Source: Octopus sinensis
Lineage: Eukaryota
Assembly (NCBI RefSeq): GCF_006345805.1
Contig: NW_021836314.1
Span: 1-64,000 of the forward strand
Reading direction: 5' to 3'
DNA length: 64,000 bases
The position numbers and the translations under genes are program-made. A model generated the notes under the pieces. The model was not told the DNA's origin, searched no databases, and saw only the letters and a list, made by a program, of their open reading frames with translations. Positions 26,527-39,830 of this stretch are shown in pieces; position 1 is the first letter of the stretch; every line of letters begins with the position of its first letter.

Positions 26527-29153
26527 CTGAAGCAGGAAACAATATTGGTTAGACTGACATAGTGTGAATTGCGATAACATATTCAATATTGTTCTTTATG
26601 AAAAAGAACAAAATTATAGGAAAATAATATGAGAGGAAGAGGAACAGGAAAGAGATTGAGGAGAAGAAGAAGCCAAAGAAGAAGGGGAGGAGGGGAAGGG
26701 GAAACGGGGAAGACAAGGAGGAAGTGGAGGGGGAAAAGAAGTAGAAGAAGGAGGAGTTGGAGGAGAAGGAACGAAGGGGAGGAAAAAGGCTGAGGACGGA
26801 GTAGAACAAGGAGATGCAGGAGGGGTGAGGGAAATAGGAGGAGGAGCAGAGGGTAGAGTAGAAGAAAAATATGTAAATTATTAAAAAGAGGAGGAGGGTG
26901 AGGAGACGAAGAAGAATAGGTAAAAGAGAAGAAAAAGGAAAAGAAGAGGAAAAAGAAGAAGCAGAAGAAGGCGATGAAGAAGGAGGAGGAAGAGGAGAAG
27001 GAGGGGGAGAATTACAAAAAAGAAGATGAGAAGAAGAAGAAAGAGGATGAGAAGGAGAAGTAGAAGAAAGTAGAAGAAAGAGGATAAGGAGGGGGAGGGG
27101 AAAGGAAGAATTACAAGATGAGGAGAAGAAGAAGAAGAAGCAGAAGAAGAAAAGGAGGAGTAGAGGTAGAAGAAGAAGAAGAAGAACAGGAAGCAGTAGA
27201 AGAAAGAGAAGAAGAAGGAAGAGGGGGCAAGAGGTGGAGGAGGAGGATGAAGGGGAAGAAGAAGTTAGAGAAAAAGAAAAAAAGAAGAAGGAGGAGGAGA
27301 ATAACAAAATGAAAATATGAAGAAGAAAGAGCCGAAAGAGGAGAAGTAGACGAAGAAATAGAAAGTAGAATAAGAAGTAGAAGAAAATGAAATAGAAGAA
27401 AGAGAAGTTGAAGAAAAAGAAAAATAAGGAGGAAGATGAGGAGAAGTACAAGAAGAAGAAGAAGAAGAAGAAGAAGGAGGAGGAGGAGGAAGAGACGTAG
27501 AAGCAGAAGTAGAAAAAGAAGAAAAAGAAGAAGAAAAAAGAAGACGAATAAGAAGAAGGAAGAGGAGGAGGATGAAGGCGAAGAAGAAGAGAAAGGAGGA
27601 GGAGGAGAAGAATATGAAGAAGTATAAAGTGTAGAAGAAGTAGAAGACGAAAAAAAAAGAAGTGGTAGAAAGAGAAGAAGAAAAGGAAAAAGATGGAGGA
27701 AGACGGGGAACAGAAGTAGAAGAAGAAGACGAAGAAGGAGAAGAACAAGGAGAATAAGAATAAGAATTAGAAGAAGAAGAAGAAAAAGGAGCAAGAGAGG
27801 AGAGGGGTGGAGGTGGACGAGAATTACAAGAAGAAAAAGGAGGGGTGGGGTGGTGAGAGGAGGAAGTGAATTACAAGAAGTAAATGTAGATGAAGAAGAA
27901 GAGAATAAAATTAGAAGAAGAAAAGAAAGAGGAGGAGGTGGAGGAGGAGAAGAAGAAGAATAGTTTAAAAGAAGGAGAAGAAGAAGAAATTGAAGAAGAG
28001 AAGAAAAAGAAGGAGGAGGATGATGAGCAGGAGGTGAGGCGGAGGAAGGAGAAGAAGACGAAGAAGAAGAAGAAGAAGAAGAAGAAGAAGACGACGACGA
28101 CGAAGAAGAAGTAAAAGAAGAAGGAGAAGAAGAAAAGAAGAAGAAGAAGAAGAAGAAAGAAGAAGAAGAAGAAGAAGAAGATACATTAAAAATCATTGTC
28201 TTCAAGACGACCCTTAAAATGTTTTCATAATATCAGGAAATAATTCAAGGATAGAATGAAAAATTTTGGGCGAGAAGACATGGCTGAAAAATCATGGAAT
28301 ATACGGAATCAGAAATCAACATATTCAAATGCACTCATACGCATTCTTATATTCACAGTATCAACGACGGAATGCGCTCTGCACACTCACATCACACATA
28401 TTCCCACTCACCCTTGCGGAAATATGGTGAGAGAGATTATTTATTTAATATCGCTTCATTGTCACAAGAATATTAGAAAACACACGCTTACAAGAAATAT
28501 ATCAGCAGTTTAATTGTATCAAGCCAAGTATTCCAGCTTATAAGTACAGTAAGTATTTCAGGTTTACAGATAGATGTATGTGACTATATTATTCGAATAT
28601 ATATTTTCCGCTTCCAATTCAGTTGCTCTATTACATAAATAACGTGAAGTGAATGACAAAATTCGAAGTTGAATGATAATATCGAAACACGAAGGAGAAT
28701 ATTGAAATAAGAAATGGAGGAGGATGTAAAATATAAAATAAAGGAATAATATAGTCACATTTCACACAGAACTACACTTATATATGAACATACACATATA
28801 CTTCAGCTAAAAATGTAACCTCACAAACGTTACCATTTCTAATACAAATTCATATCAAAACCTTTGAAATTTGGGGAACAAAAAAGAGTTAATGAGATGC
28901 GAATTGAAACAAAGCAACTACAAGAAAGGAACATTATATTTTTCCTATTATTTCACTTTCTCTCTCAAATTCTCTCTCTTTCTTTCACATTGTCTCGCTC
29001 TCTCATATTCTCTTTGTATCTTCCTAAATCGTGTTCATTCTTCAAATTCGAATTGATTTTGTTTGGTGCAGTCTGAAATATTATATATTTGTGAGCTTAT
29101 ATATCAGCATCATTACTTTCGGAAAATAATATCAAGAAATTGAACAAACTTAC

Positions 29154-29225
29154 AATGTCTTTAAATTCGAAAGGCCCGTGAATAAACCTTCTTTGATGGT
29201 TGAAATGTTGTTCCATCTCAGATCT
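29154..29225 (-). CDS. LRR cassette exon B2
   Basis: ctatag|...TT|gtaagt, 72 bp; DLRWNNISTIKEGLFTGLSNLKTL. Confidence 0.95.
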
Positions 29226-30390
29226 CTATAGCAGTAAAGAAAGAGTAAAATAGATTATATGGAAAATATATGTGATACGACACCAAACACTGTGATTTCA
29301 GAATGAAAGGAAGAAAAAGAAGAAAGATAACGAAGAAAAAGAAGAAGTAGACGGAGGAGGAGGAGAAGAAGTAGAAGAAGAAGATGAGTAGAAGAAGAAA
29401 GTAGAAGAAGGAGAATTGGGCAGGAGGTGGAGGGGGCGGAAGAGAAGGTGTAGTGGGGAGGTTAGGAGGAGGACCAAGGAATGGATGACTGAGGAGCGGC
29501 AGCTGGGGGTAGAAGCAGAAGGAGCAGGAAGAGCATGAGAATGAGAATAAGAGGAAGAATTGGCAGAGAATGGAAAAGAGGGAGACAAGTGACGGAGCAG
29601 AAAGTACAGAGAAGAAAAAGAAGAAGAAAAAAAGAAGAAGAAGAAGAAGAAGAAGAAGAAGAAGAAAAATAGAAGAAGAATACAAATAAGTAGAAAAATA
29701 AGAAGAAAAAAAGAAGGCAAAGAAGAAGACAAAAAAGAAGTAGAACACGAAGAAAAGTAACAAGAAGAAGAAGTAGATGAAGTAGAAGAAGAAGAAGACG
29801 ACGAAGAAGAAGAGGAACATGTAGGAGATGAAGAGGGAAAGAAGAAGACGAAGAAGATGAAAAAAAAGAAAAATAGAAGAAGAGAAAGAAGAAATTGAAG
29901 AAAGAGTAGGATGAGTAGGACGAAGAGGGGAGGTTGAGGAGGAGAATTGCAATAAGAAGAAGAAAAAGGAGGAGAAGGAGGTGGAGCAGGAGGGAGAATA
30001 GGAGAATTACAAGAAGAAGAACAAAACAACAACAACAACAATAAAAAAAATTTATTTCGGTGGAAGTGTGGATAAATAACCACACGGCACCACAGAATCA
30101 AGAGAACAATGTGTAAGAAAATAGTAGCTAAAACTTATATTAATAGTGCAGATACATACATACATATGAACATACACATATATATTTGCAGGAATTACAT
30201 TTTTATGCAGACAATTATCAACTGACAGTCATTGACATGTTCAGACTCAATCAAATAAATATAAGACGAATATGAGAACTGAATATGATTTACAGTAATA
30301 GAGAGTGAGAAAACATGGAAATAAGGGGATATTAAATTTAAAGACATAGTATATTCCTCATGTATAAACGACAACATTGAATGAACTTAC

Positions 30391-30462
30391 AATTTCTCTA
30401 AGTTGTGAAGGCCTTGAAACATCTCCTTTTCAATCCTTGAAATTTTATTGCTGTCAAGAGAT
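30391..30462 (-). CDS. LRR cassette exon A4
   Basis: cttcag|...TT|gtaagt, 72 bp; SLDSNKISRIEKEMFQGLHNLEKL. Confidence 0.95.
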
Positions 30463-31284
30463 CTGAAGCAGGAAACAATATTGCTTAGATTGACATAGTG
30501 TGAATTGCGATAACATATTCAATATTGTTCTTTATGAAAAGGGACAAAATTATAGGAAAATAATACAAGAGGAACAGGAAAGAGATTGAGGAGAAGAAGA
30601 AGACGAAGAAGGGGATGAGGGGAAGCGGAAAAGAAGAAGACTAGGAGGAAAAGGAGGGGGAGTAGAAGTAGAAGAAGGAAGAGTTGGAGGAGGAGGAGGG
30701 GAGAAGAAGAAGAAGGAGGAGGACTGAAGAGGACAAGGAGATGAAGGAGAGAAAGGAACATAGGAGGAGGATGGGCAGAGGAAAAGAAGACAAAGAAGAA
30801 GAGGAGGAGGGGAAGGGGAAAATAAGAAGACAAGGAGGAAGAGGAGTTGGGAGAAGAAGTAGAAGGAGGAGGAGGAGAAGGATGAGTAGGAGGAGTAGGC
30901 GGAGATGAGGAGAAGTAGGTTGAGGACGGGGGAGGACAATGAGATGCAGGAGGGGGAATAGGAGGAGGAGGAGGAATGGGAGGAGTAGAAGAAGAAGATG
31001 TAGAAGATTAAAAAGAGGAGGAAGAAAAAGAAGATATAGAAGAATGAAGGGGATGGAGAGGAGAAGAATAATAAGAAGAAGAAGCAGGAAAAAGAAGAGG
31101 AAGAAGAAGTAGATGAAGAAGAAGAAGAAGAAGAAAAAGAAGAAGGAGAAGGAAATGGAGGAAAAGAGATGGATGACGAAGAAGGGGAAGGAGAAGAAGG
31201 AGAAGAAGAAGAAGAACAACAACAACAACAAGAATAAGAAGAAGAAGTAGGAGGAAGAGGAGGAGAATAACAAAATGAAGAAGA

Positions 31285-31315
<31 letters not shown>

Positions 31316-32456
31316 AAGGAGGAGGAGGAAAAGTAGAAGAAGAAAAGAACAAAAAGAAGAAGAAGGAGAAGAAGAAGACGACGACGACGAAGAAGAAGTA
31401 GAAGAAGAAGAAGGAGAAGAAGAAGAAGAAGAAGTAAAAGAAGAAGAAGAAGAAGAAGAAGAAGAAGAAGAAGATACGTTGAAAATCATGGTGTTCAAGA
31501 CGAAACTGAAAATGTTGTCATAATATCAGGAAATAATTCAAGGATAGAGCGGTAAATTTTGGGCGAGAAGACATGGCTGAAAAATCAGGGAATATACGGA
31601 ATCAGAAATCAACATATTCAAACGCACTCATTCGCATTCTTATAGTCATAGTATCAACGACGGAATGCGCTATGCACACTTACATCACTCATAATCCCAC
31701 TCACACTTGTGGAAATATGGTGAGAGAGATTATTTATTTCATATCGCTTCATTGTCAGAAGAATATTAGAAAACACACGCTTACAAGAAATATATCAGCA
31801 GTTTAATTGTATCAGGCCAAATATTCCAGCTTACAAGTACAGAAAGTATTTCAGGTTTACAGATAGAATGTATGTGACTATATTATTCGAATATATTTTC
31901 CGCTTCCACTTCAGTTACATAAATAACGTGAAGTGAATGACAAAATTCGAAGTTGAATGATAATATCGAAACACGAAGGAGAATATTGAAATAAGAAATG
32001 GAGGAGGATGTAAAATATAAAATAAAGGAATAATATAGTCACATTTCACACAGAACTACACTTATATATGAACATACACATATACTTCAGCTAAAAGTAT
32101 TTGATGCAAACATGTAAACTCACAAACGTTACCATTTCTAATACAAATTCATATCAAAACCTTTGAAATTTGGGGAACAAAAATGAGTTATTGAGATGCA
32201 AATTGAAACAAAGCAACTACAATAAAGGAACATTGTATTTTTCCTATTATTTCACTTTCTCTCTCAAATTCTCTCTCTTTCTTTCACATTGTCTCGCTCT
32301 CTCATATTCTTTTTGTATCTTCCTAAATCGTATTCATTCTACAAATTCGAATTGATTTTGTTTGGTGCAGTCTGAAAGTTTATACATTTGTGAGCTTATA
32401 TGTCAGCATCAATTATAACTTTCGGAAAATAGTATCAAGAAATTAAACGAACTTAC

Positions 32457-32528
32457 AATTCTTTTAAATTTGAAAGCCCCGTGAATGTACCTTCTTTGAT
32501 GGTTGAAATGTTGTTCTCGTACAGATCT
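32457..32528 (-). CDS. LRR cassette exon B3
   Basis: ctatag|...TT|gtaagt, 72 bp; DLYENNISTIKEGTFTGLSNLKEL. Confidence 0.95.
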
Positions 32529-33830
32529 CTATAGCAGTAAAGAAAGAGTAAAATAGATTATATGGAAAATATTTGTGATTCGATATCAAACACTGTGACT
32601 TCAGAATGAAAGGAAGAAAAAGAAGAAAGATAACGAAGAAGAAGAAGAAGAAGAAGAAGAAGAAGAAGAAGAAGAAGAAGATTAAAACAGGAAAAGAAGA
32701 AGAAGAAGAAAGGAAAAGAAGAAGAAAAAGAAAGAAAAAGGAGAAGAAGAAGCAGTAGTAGAAGAAAAAGAAAAGTAGAAGAAGGGGAATTAGGGACGAG
32801 GTGGAGGATGTGGGGGTGGAGCAGAGGTGGGGAGGTTAGGAGGAGGACAAAGGAAGGGATGCCTGTTCAGGGGGCCGCTGAGGGTAGCAGCTGAAGGAGC
32901 AGGAAGAGCTGGAGACTGAGAATAAGAGGGAGAATTGGCAGAGAATGGAAAAGAGGGAGACCAGTGACGGAGCATAAAGTACAGAGAAGAAAAAGAAGAA
33001 GAAGAAGACAAAGAAGAAGAAGAAGAACAAAATTAGAAGAGGAAGAAGGAGGAGGAGAAGAAGTAGAAGAAGAAGCAGAAGAAGAAGAAAACAAAGAAAA
33101 TTAAGAAGAAGAAGAAAAAAGAAGGCAAAGAAGAAGTAGAACACGAAGAAAAGTAACAAGAAGAAGAATAAGTAGAAGAAGAAGAAGAGGAAGAAGAAGA
33201 AGACAAAGAAAAGAAGAAGAAGAAGAAGAGGAAGAAGAAGAAGACGACGAAGAAAAGGAACATGAAGGAGATGGAGAAGGAAAGAAGAAGACGAAGAAGA
33301 TGAAGAAGAAGAAAAATAGAAGAAGAGGAAAAAGAAATTGAAGAAAAAGGAGGATGAGTAGGACGAAGAGGGCATGTTGAGGAGGAGAATTGCAATAAGA
33401 AGAAGAAAATGAGGAGAAGGAGGTGGAGGAGGAGGGGGAATAGGAGAATTACAAGAAGAAGAACAAAACAACAACAACAACAACAAAAATATTATCTCGG
33501 TGGAAGTGTGGATAAATAACCACACGGCACCACAGAATCAAGAGAACAATGTGTAAGAAAATAGTAGCTAAAACTTATATTAATAGTGCAGATACAGACA
33601 TACATATGAACATACACATATATATTTTCAGGAATAACATTTTTATGCAGACAATTATCAACTGACAGTCATTGACATGTTCAGACTCAATCAAATAAAT
33701 ATAAGACGAATATGAGAACTGAATATGATTTACAGTAATAGAGAGTGAGAAAACATGGAAATAAGGGGATATTAAATTTAAAGACATAGTATATTCCTCA
33801 TGTATAAACGACAACATTGAAAGAACTTAC

Positions 33831-33902
33831 AATTCCTCTAAGCTGTGAAGGCCTTGAAACATCTCCTTTTCAATCCTTGAAATTTTATTGTAGGAAAGAT
33901 CT
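33831..33902 (-). CDS. LRR cassette exon A5
   Basis: cttcag|...TT|gtaagt, 72 bp; DLSYNKISRIEKEMFQGLHSLEEL. Confidence 0.95.
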
Positions 33903-35555
33903 CTGAAGCAGGAAACAATATTGGTTAGATTAACATAGTGTGAATTGCGATAACATATTCAATATTGTTCTTTATGAAGAGGGACAAAATTATAGGAAAA
34001 TAATACAAGAAGAAGGGGAACAGGAAAGAGATTAAGGAGAAGATGAAGAAGAAGAAAGAGAGGAGGGGAAGGGGAAAAGAAGAAGTCAAGGAGGAAGAGT
34101 AGGGGGGAGAAGAAGTAGAAGAAGGAGGAGTTGGAGGAGGAGGAGGAGGAGGGGAGGTGAAGTAGGATGAGGACAGGGAAGGACAAGGAGATGCAGGAGG
34201 GGGAGGAAAATAGGAGGAGGTGCAGAGGGTAGAGTATAAGAAGATATAGAAGATTAAAAGTGGAGGAAGAAAAAGAAGTAGAAGGAAGAGGAGGGTGAAA
34301 AGAAGAAAAAGAAGAAGAAGAAAAAGAAGAAGTAAAACGAGAAGAAGAAGCGGAAAATGAAGAAGAAGTAGAAGCAGGAAAAAAGGAGAAGAAGGAAGAA
34401 GAGAAAAATAGGTGGAGGCGGAGGTGGAAGAGGAAGGGGAAGAAGAAGAAGACAGATGAGAAGGAGGAGGAGGAGGAGGAGGAGGAAGGGGAAGTAGAAG
34501 AAAAAGAAGGAGGAGAAGGAGGAGGAGGAAGAGTAGTAGAAGAAGAAGAATAAGATGAAGAAGAAGAAGATGACACTTTGAATATCATGGTATTCAAGAT
34601 GAATCTGGAAATGTTCTCAAGATATCAGGAAATAATTCAAGGATAGATCGAGAAATTTTGGGCGAGAAGACATGGCTGAAAACTCAGGGAATATACGAAA
34701 TCAGAAATCAACATATTCAAATGCACTCATACGCATTTTTATTTTCATAGTATCAACAACGGAATGCGGTATGCACACTCACATCACACATAATCCCACT
34801 CACACTTGTGGAAATATGGTGAGAGAGATTATTTATTTCATATCGCTTCATTGTCACAAGAATATTAGAAAACACACGCTTACAAGAAATATATCAGCAG
34901 TTTAATTGTATCAGGCCAAATATTCCAGCTTACAAGTACAGAAAGTATTTCAGGTTTACAGATAGAATGTATGTGACTATATTATTCGAATATATATTTT
35001 CCGCTTCCACTTCAGTTACATAAATAACGTGAAGTGAATGACAAAATTCGAAGTTGAATGATAATATCGAAACACGAAGGAGAATATTGAAATAAGAAAT
35101 GGAGGAGGATGTAAAATATAAAATAAAGGAATAATATAGTCACATTTCACACAGAACTACACTTATATATGAACATACACATATACTTCAGCTAAATGTA
35201 TTTGATGCAAACATGTAAACTCACAAACGTTACCATTTCTAATACAAATTCATATCAAAATCATTGGAATTTGGGGGAAAAATGAGTTATTGAGATGCGA
35301 ATTGAAACAAAGCAACTACAATAAAGGAACATTATATTTTTCCTATTATTTCACTTTCTCCCCCAAATTCTCTCTCTTTCTTTCACATTGTCTCGCTTTC
35401 TCCTATTCTCTTTGTATCTTCTTAAATCTTGTTCATTCTACAAATTTGAATTGATTTTGTTTAGTTCAGTCTGAAATTTTATACATTTGTGAGCTTATAT
35501 ATCAGCATCAATTAATACTTTCGGATAATAGTATCAAGAAATTAAACGAACTTAC

Positions 35556-35627
35556 ACTGTTTTTAAATTGGAAAGCCCCGTGAATACACCTTCTTTGATG
35601 GTTGAAATGTTGTTCCCGAAAAGATAT
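35556..35627 (-). CDS. LRR cassette exon B4
   Basis: ctatag|...GT|gtaagt, 72 bp; YLFGNNISTIKEGVFTGLSNLKTV. Confidence 0.95.
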
Positions 35628-37610
35628 CTATAGCAGTAAAGAAAGAGTAAAATAGATTATATGGAAAATATTTGTGATACGACATCAAACACTGTGACAT
35701 CTGAATGAAAGGAAGAAAAAGAAGAAAGATAACGAAGAAGAAAAGGAAGAAGAAGGAGGAGGAGGAGGCGAAGAGGAAGAAAAGTAGAAGAAGAAGAATT
35801 AGTAGAAGAAGAAAGGAGAAGAGGTAGTAGAAGAAAAAGAAGCGAAAGAAGGAATACCTGGAAAAAGGAGGAGGAGGATGATAAAAGGGAAGAAGAAGTA
35901 GAAGAAAAAGTAAAAGAAGAAGAAGAAGGGGATGGGAGGAAAAGAATAACAAGAAGAAGAAGATAAATATAAGAAAGACGAGGAGGAGGAGGAGGAGAAG
36001 TAGGTGAAGAAGTAGAAATAAGAAGAAGAAGAAGGAGAAGAAGAACAACAACAAGTCGAAATAGAAGGAGGATGAGGAGGGGGAGGGGAAGAAGAAATAT
36101 TGCAAGAAGAAGGAAGGAAAGAACAGGAAGAAGAAGATGTAGAAGTAGTAGAAGCAAGAAAAAGAAGAAAGATAACGAAGAAGAAAAGGAAGAAGAAGGA
36201 GGAGGAGGAGGAGGCGAAGAGGAAGAAAAGTAGAAGAAGAAGAATTAGTAGAAGAAGAAAGGAGAAGAGGTAGTAGAAGAAAAAGAAGCGAAAGAAGGAA
36301 TACCTGGAAAAAGGAGGAGGAGGATGATAAAAGGGAAGAAGAAGTAGAAGAAAAAGTAAAAGAAGAAGAAGAAGGGGATGGGAGGAAAAGAATAACAAGA
36401 AGAAGAAGATAAATATAAGAAAGACGAGGAGGAGGAGGAGGAGAAGTAGATGAAGAAGTAGAAATAAGAAGAAGAAGAAGGAGAAGAAGAACAACAACAA
36501 GTCGAAATAGAAGGAGGATGAGGAGGGGGAGGGGAAGAAGAAATATTGCAAGAAGAAGGAAGGAAAGAACAGGAAGAAGAAGATGTAGAAGTAGTAGAAG
36601 CAAGAAAAAGAAGAAGAAGATGAAGGAGGTGGAGGAGAAGGAGATAGAGAATAACAAAAACAGAAGTGAAGAAGAAGAAGGAGGAGGAGGAGGAGTAGAA
36701 GAAGAAGTAGAAAGAAGAAGAGGAAGAAAAAAAGAAAAAGACAAAGAAGAAGAAGAAGGAAGGGGAGGAAAAAGGAGGAGGAGGAGTGTGAAGGAGGAGA
36801 ATAAGTAGGAGAACATGAAAAAGAAGAAGAAGATGAAGGAGGAGGAGGTTGAGAATAACAAAAAGAAGAATATAAGAAGAAGAAAGAGGAGTAGGAGGAG
36901 AAGTAGATGAAGAAGTAGAAAGTAGTGGTAGAAGAAGACATAGAAGAAGAAGAAAAAAGAAGTAGAAGAATGAGAAGAAGAAATGAAAAAGAAGAAGGAA
37001 GGAACAGAAGAAGAAGAATTAGAAGAAGAAGCAGAAGAAGAAGAAAAAGTTGCAGGAGAGGAGGGGAGGAGGAGAATAACAAGAAGAAAAAGGAGGAGGC
37101 GCGGAGAGGATTGGGTAGAAAAAAAGTAGAGGAAAAAAGAAGTAGAAGAAGGAAGAGGAAAAAGGAGGAGGAAGGAGATGAAAGGGAAAAAGTAGGGGTA
37201 GAAGAAAAAGAAGAAGAAGAAGAACAAGGAGGAGGAGGAGGAGGAGGAGTAGATGAAGAAGTTGAAAGTAGAAGAGGAAGAAGTGGAAGAAGAAGAAAAA
37301 AGGAGAAGCGAGAGAAGAAGAAGAAGAAAAAGAAGAAGAAGAAGGAGGAGAAGAAGGTGCAGCAGGAGGAGAGGAACAGAAGGAAGAAGAAGAAAAAGAA
37401 GAAGAAGAAGAAGAAGAAGAAGAAGAACAAAGGAGAAGAAGGAGCAGCAGGAGGAGAGGAAGAGAAGGAAGAAGAAGAAAAAGAAGAAGAAGAAGAAGGA
37501 AAATAAGAAGAAGAAGAAGGAAAAGAAGAAGAAGAAGGCAGAATACGAAATGACAAAAAGATGAAGAAGAAGGCGGAAAAGGAGAAATAGAATAAGAAAA
37601 AGAACAAAAA

Positions 37611-37642
<32 letters not shown>

Positions 37643-38847
37643 AAAATATAAAGCGGGAGAAGAAGAAGAAGAAGAAGAACAACAACAACAACAAAAAGAA
37701 GAAAAAGAGGAAGAAGAAGAAGAAGAAGTGGAAAAAGAAAAAGATAAAGAGGGAGAAGAAGAAGAACAACAGAAGAAGAAAAAGATAAAGAGGGAGAAGA
37801 AGAAGAAGAAGAAGGAGAAGAAAAAGAAGAAGAAAAAGAAGAAGAAGAAGAAGAAGAAGAAGATGACAATTTAAAAATGATGGTGTTCATGATGAAACTG
37901 AAAATGTTCTCATAATATCAGGAAATAATTCAAGGATAGAGCGATAAATTTTGGGCGAGAAGACATGGCTGAAAAATCAGGGAATATACGGAATCAGAAA
38001 TCAACATATTCAAATGCACTCATACGCAATCTTATATTCATAGTATCAACGACGGAATGCGGTATGCACACTTACATCACACATATTCCCACTCACCTTT
38101 GTGGAAACATGGTGAGAGAGATTATTTATTTCATATCGCTTCATTGTCACAAGAATATTAGAAAACACACGCTTACAAGAAATATATCAGCAGTTTAATT
38201 TATCAGGCCAAATATTCCAGCTTACAAGTACAGTAAGTATTTCAGGTTTACAGATAGAATGTATGTGACTATATTATTCGAATATATATTTTCCGCTTCC
38301 ACTTCAGTTACATAAATAACGTGAAGTGAATGACAAAATTCGAAGTTGAATGATAATATCGAAACACGAAGGAGAATATTGAAATAAGAAATGGAGGAGG
38401 ATGTAAAATATAAAATAAAGGAATAATATAGTCACATTTCACACAGAACTACACTTATATATGAACATACACATATACTTCAGGTAAAAATATTTGATGC
38501 AAACATGTAAACTCACAAACGTTACCATTTCTAATACAAATTCATATCAAAATCATTGAAATTTGGGAACAAAAATGAGTTATTGAGATGCGAATTGAAA
38601 CAAAGCAACTACAATAAAGGAACATTATATTTTTCCTATTATTTCACTTTCTCTCTTAAATTCTCTCTCTTTTTTCACATTGTCTCGCTCTCTCCTATTC
38701 TCTTTGTATCTTCCTAAATCGTATTCATTTTACAAATTTGAATTGATTTTGTTCGGTGTAGTCTGAAATATTATACATTTGTGAGCTTATATATCAGCAT
38801 CAATTATTACGTTCGGAAAATAATATCAAGAAACTGAACGAACTTAC

Positions 38848-38919
38848 AATTCTTTTAAATGTGAAAGCCCCGTGAATGCTCCTTCTTTGATGGTTGCAAT
38901 GTTGTTGTTCCACAGTTCT
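38848..38919 (-). CDS. LRR cassette exon B5
   Basis: ctatag|...TT|gtaagt, 72 bp; ELWNNNIATIKEGAFTGLSHLKEL. Confidence 0.95.
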
Positions 38920-39758
38920 CTATAGCAGTAAAGAAAGAGTAAATTAGATTATATGGAAAAAATATGTGATACGACATCAAACACAGTGACATCTGAATGA
39001 AAGGAAGAAAAAGAAGAAAGATAACGAAGAAGAAGAAGAAGAAGAAGAAGAAGGGAAGAAGAAGAAGAAGAAGGAGAAGAAGAAGAAGAAGAAGAAGAAG
39101 AAGAAGAAGAGGAAGTAAAAGAAGACGAAGACAAAGAAAAGGAAGAAGAAGAAGAAGAAGAGGAAATAGAAGAAGACGACAAAGAAGACGGAACATGAAG
39201 GAGATGAAGAAGGAAAGAAGAAGAGGAAGTATAAAAAGAAGAAAAAGAAGAAGAGAAAGAAGAAATTGAAGAAAAAGGAGGATGAGTAGGACGAAGAGGG
39301 GAGGTTGAGGAGGAGAATTGCAATAAGAAGAAGAAAATTAGGAGAAGGAGGTGGACGAGGAGGGGGAATAGGAGAATTACAAGAAGAAGAACAAAAACAA
39401 CAACAACAACAACAAAAATATTATCTCGGTGGAAGTGTGGATAAATAACCACACGGAACCTCAGAATCAACAGAACAATGTGTAAGAAAATAGTAGCTAA
39501 AACTTATATTAATAGTGCAGATACAGACATACATATGAACATACACATATATATTTTCAGGAATAACATTTTTATGCAGACAATTATCAACTGACAGTCA
39601 TTGACATTTCAGACTCAATCAAATAAATATAAGACGAATATGAGAACTGAATATGATTTACAGTAATAGAGAGTGAGAAAACATGGAAATAAGGGGATAT
39701 TAAATTTAAAGACATAGTATATTCCTCATGTATAAACGACAACATTGAAAGAACTTAC

Positions 39759-39830
39759 AATTTCTCTAAGCTGTGAAGGCCTTGAAACATCTCTTTTTCA
39801 ATCCTTGAAATTTTATTGTAGCCAAGATCT
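39759..39830 (-). CDS. LRR cassette exon A6
   Basis: cttcag|...TT|gtaagt, 72 bp, phase 2-2; DLGYNKISRIEKEMFQGLHSLEKL. Confidence 0.95.
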
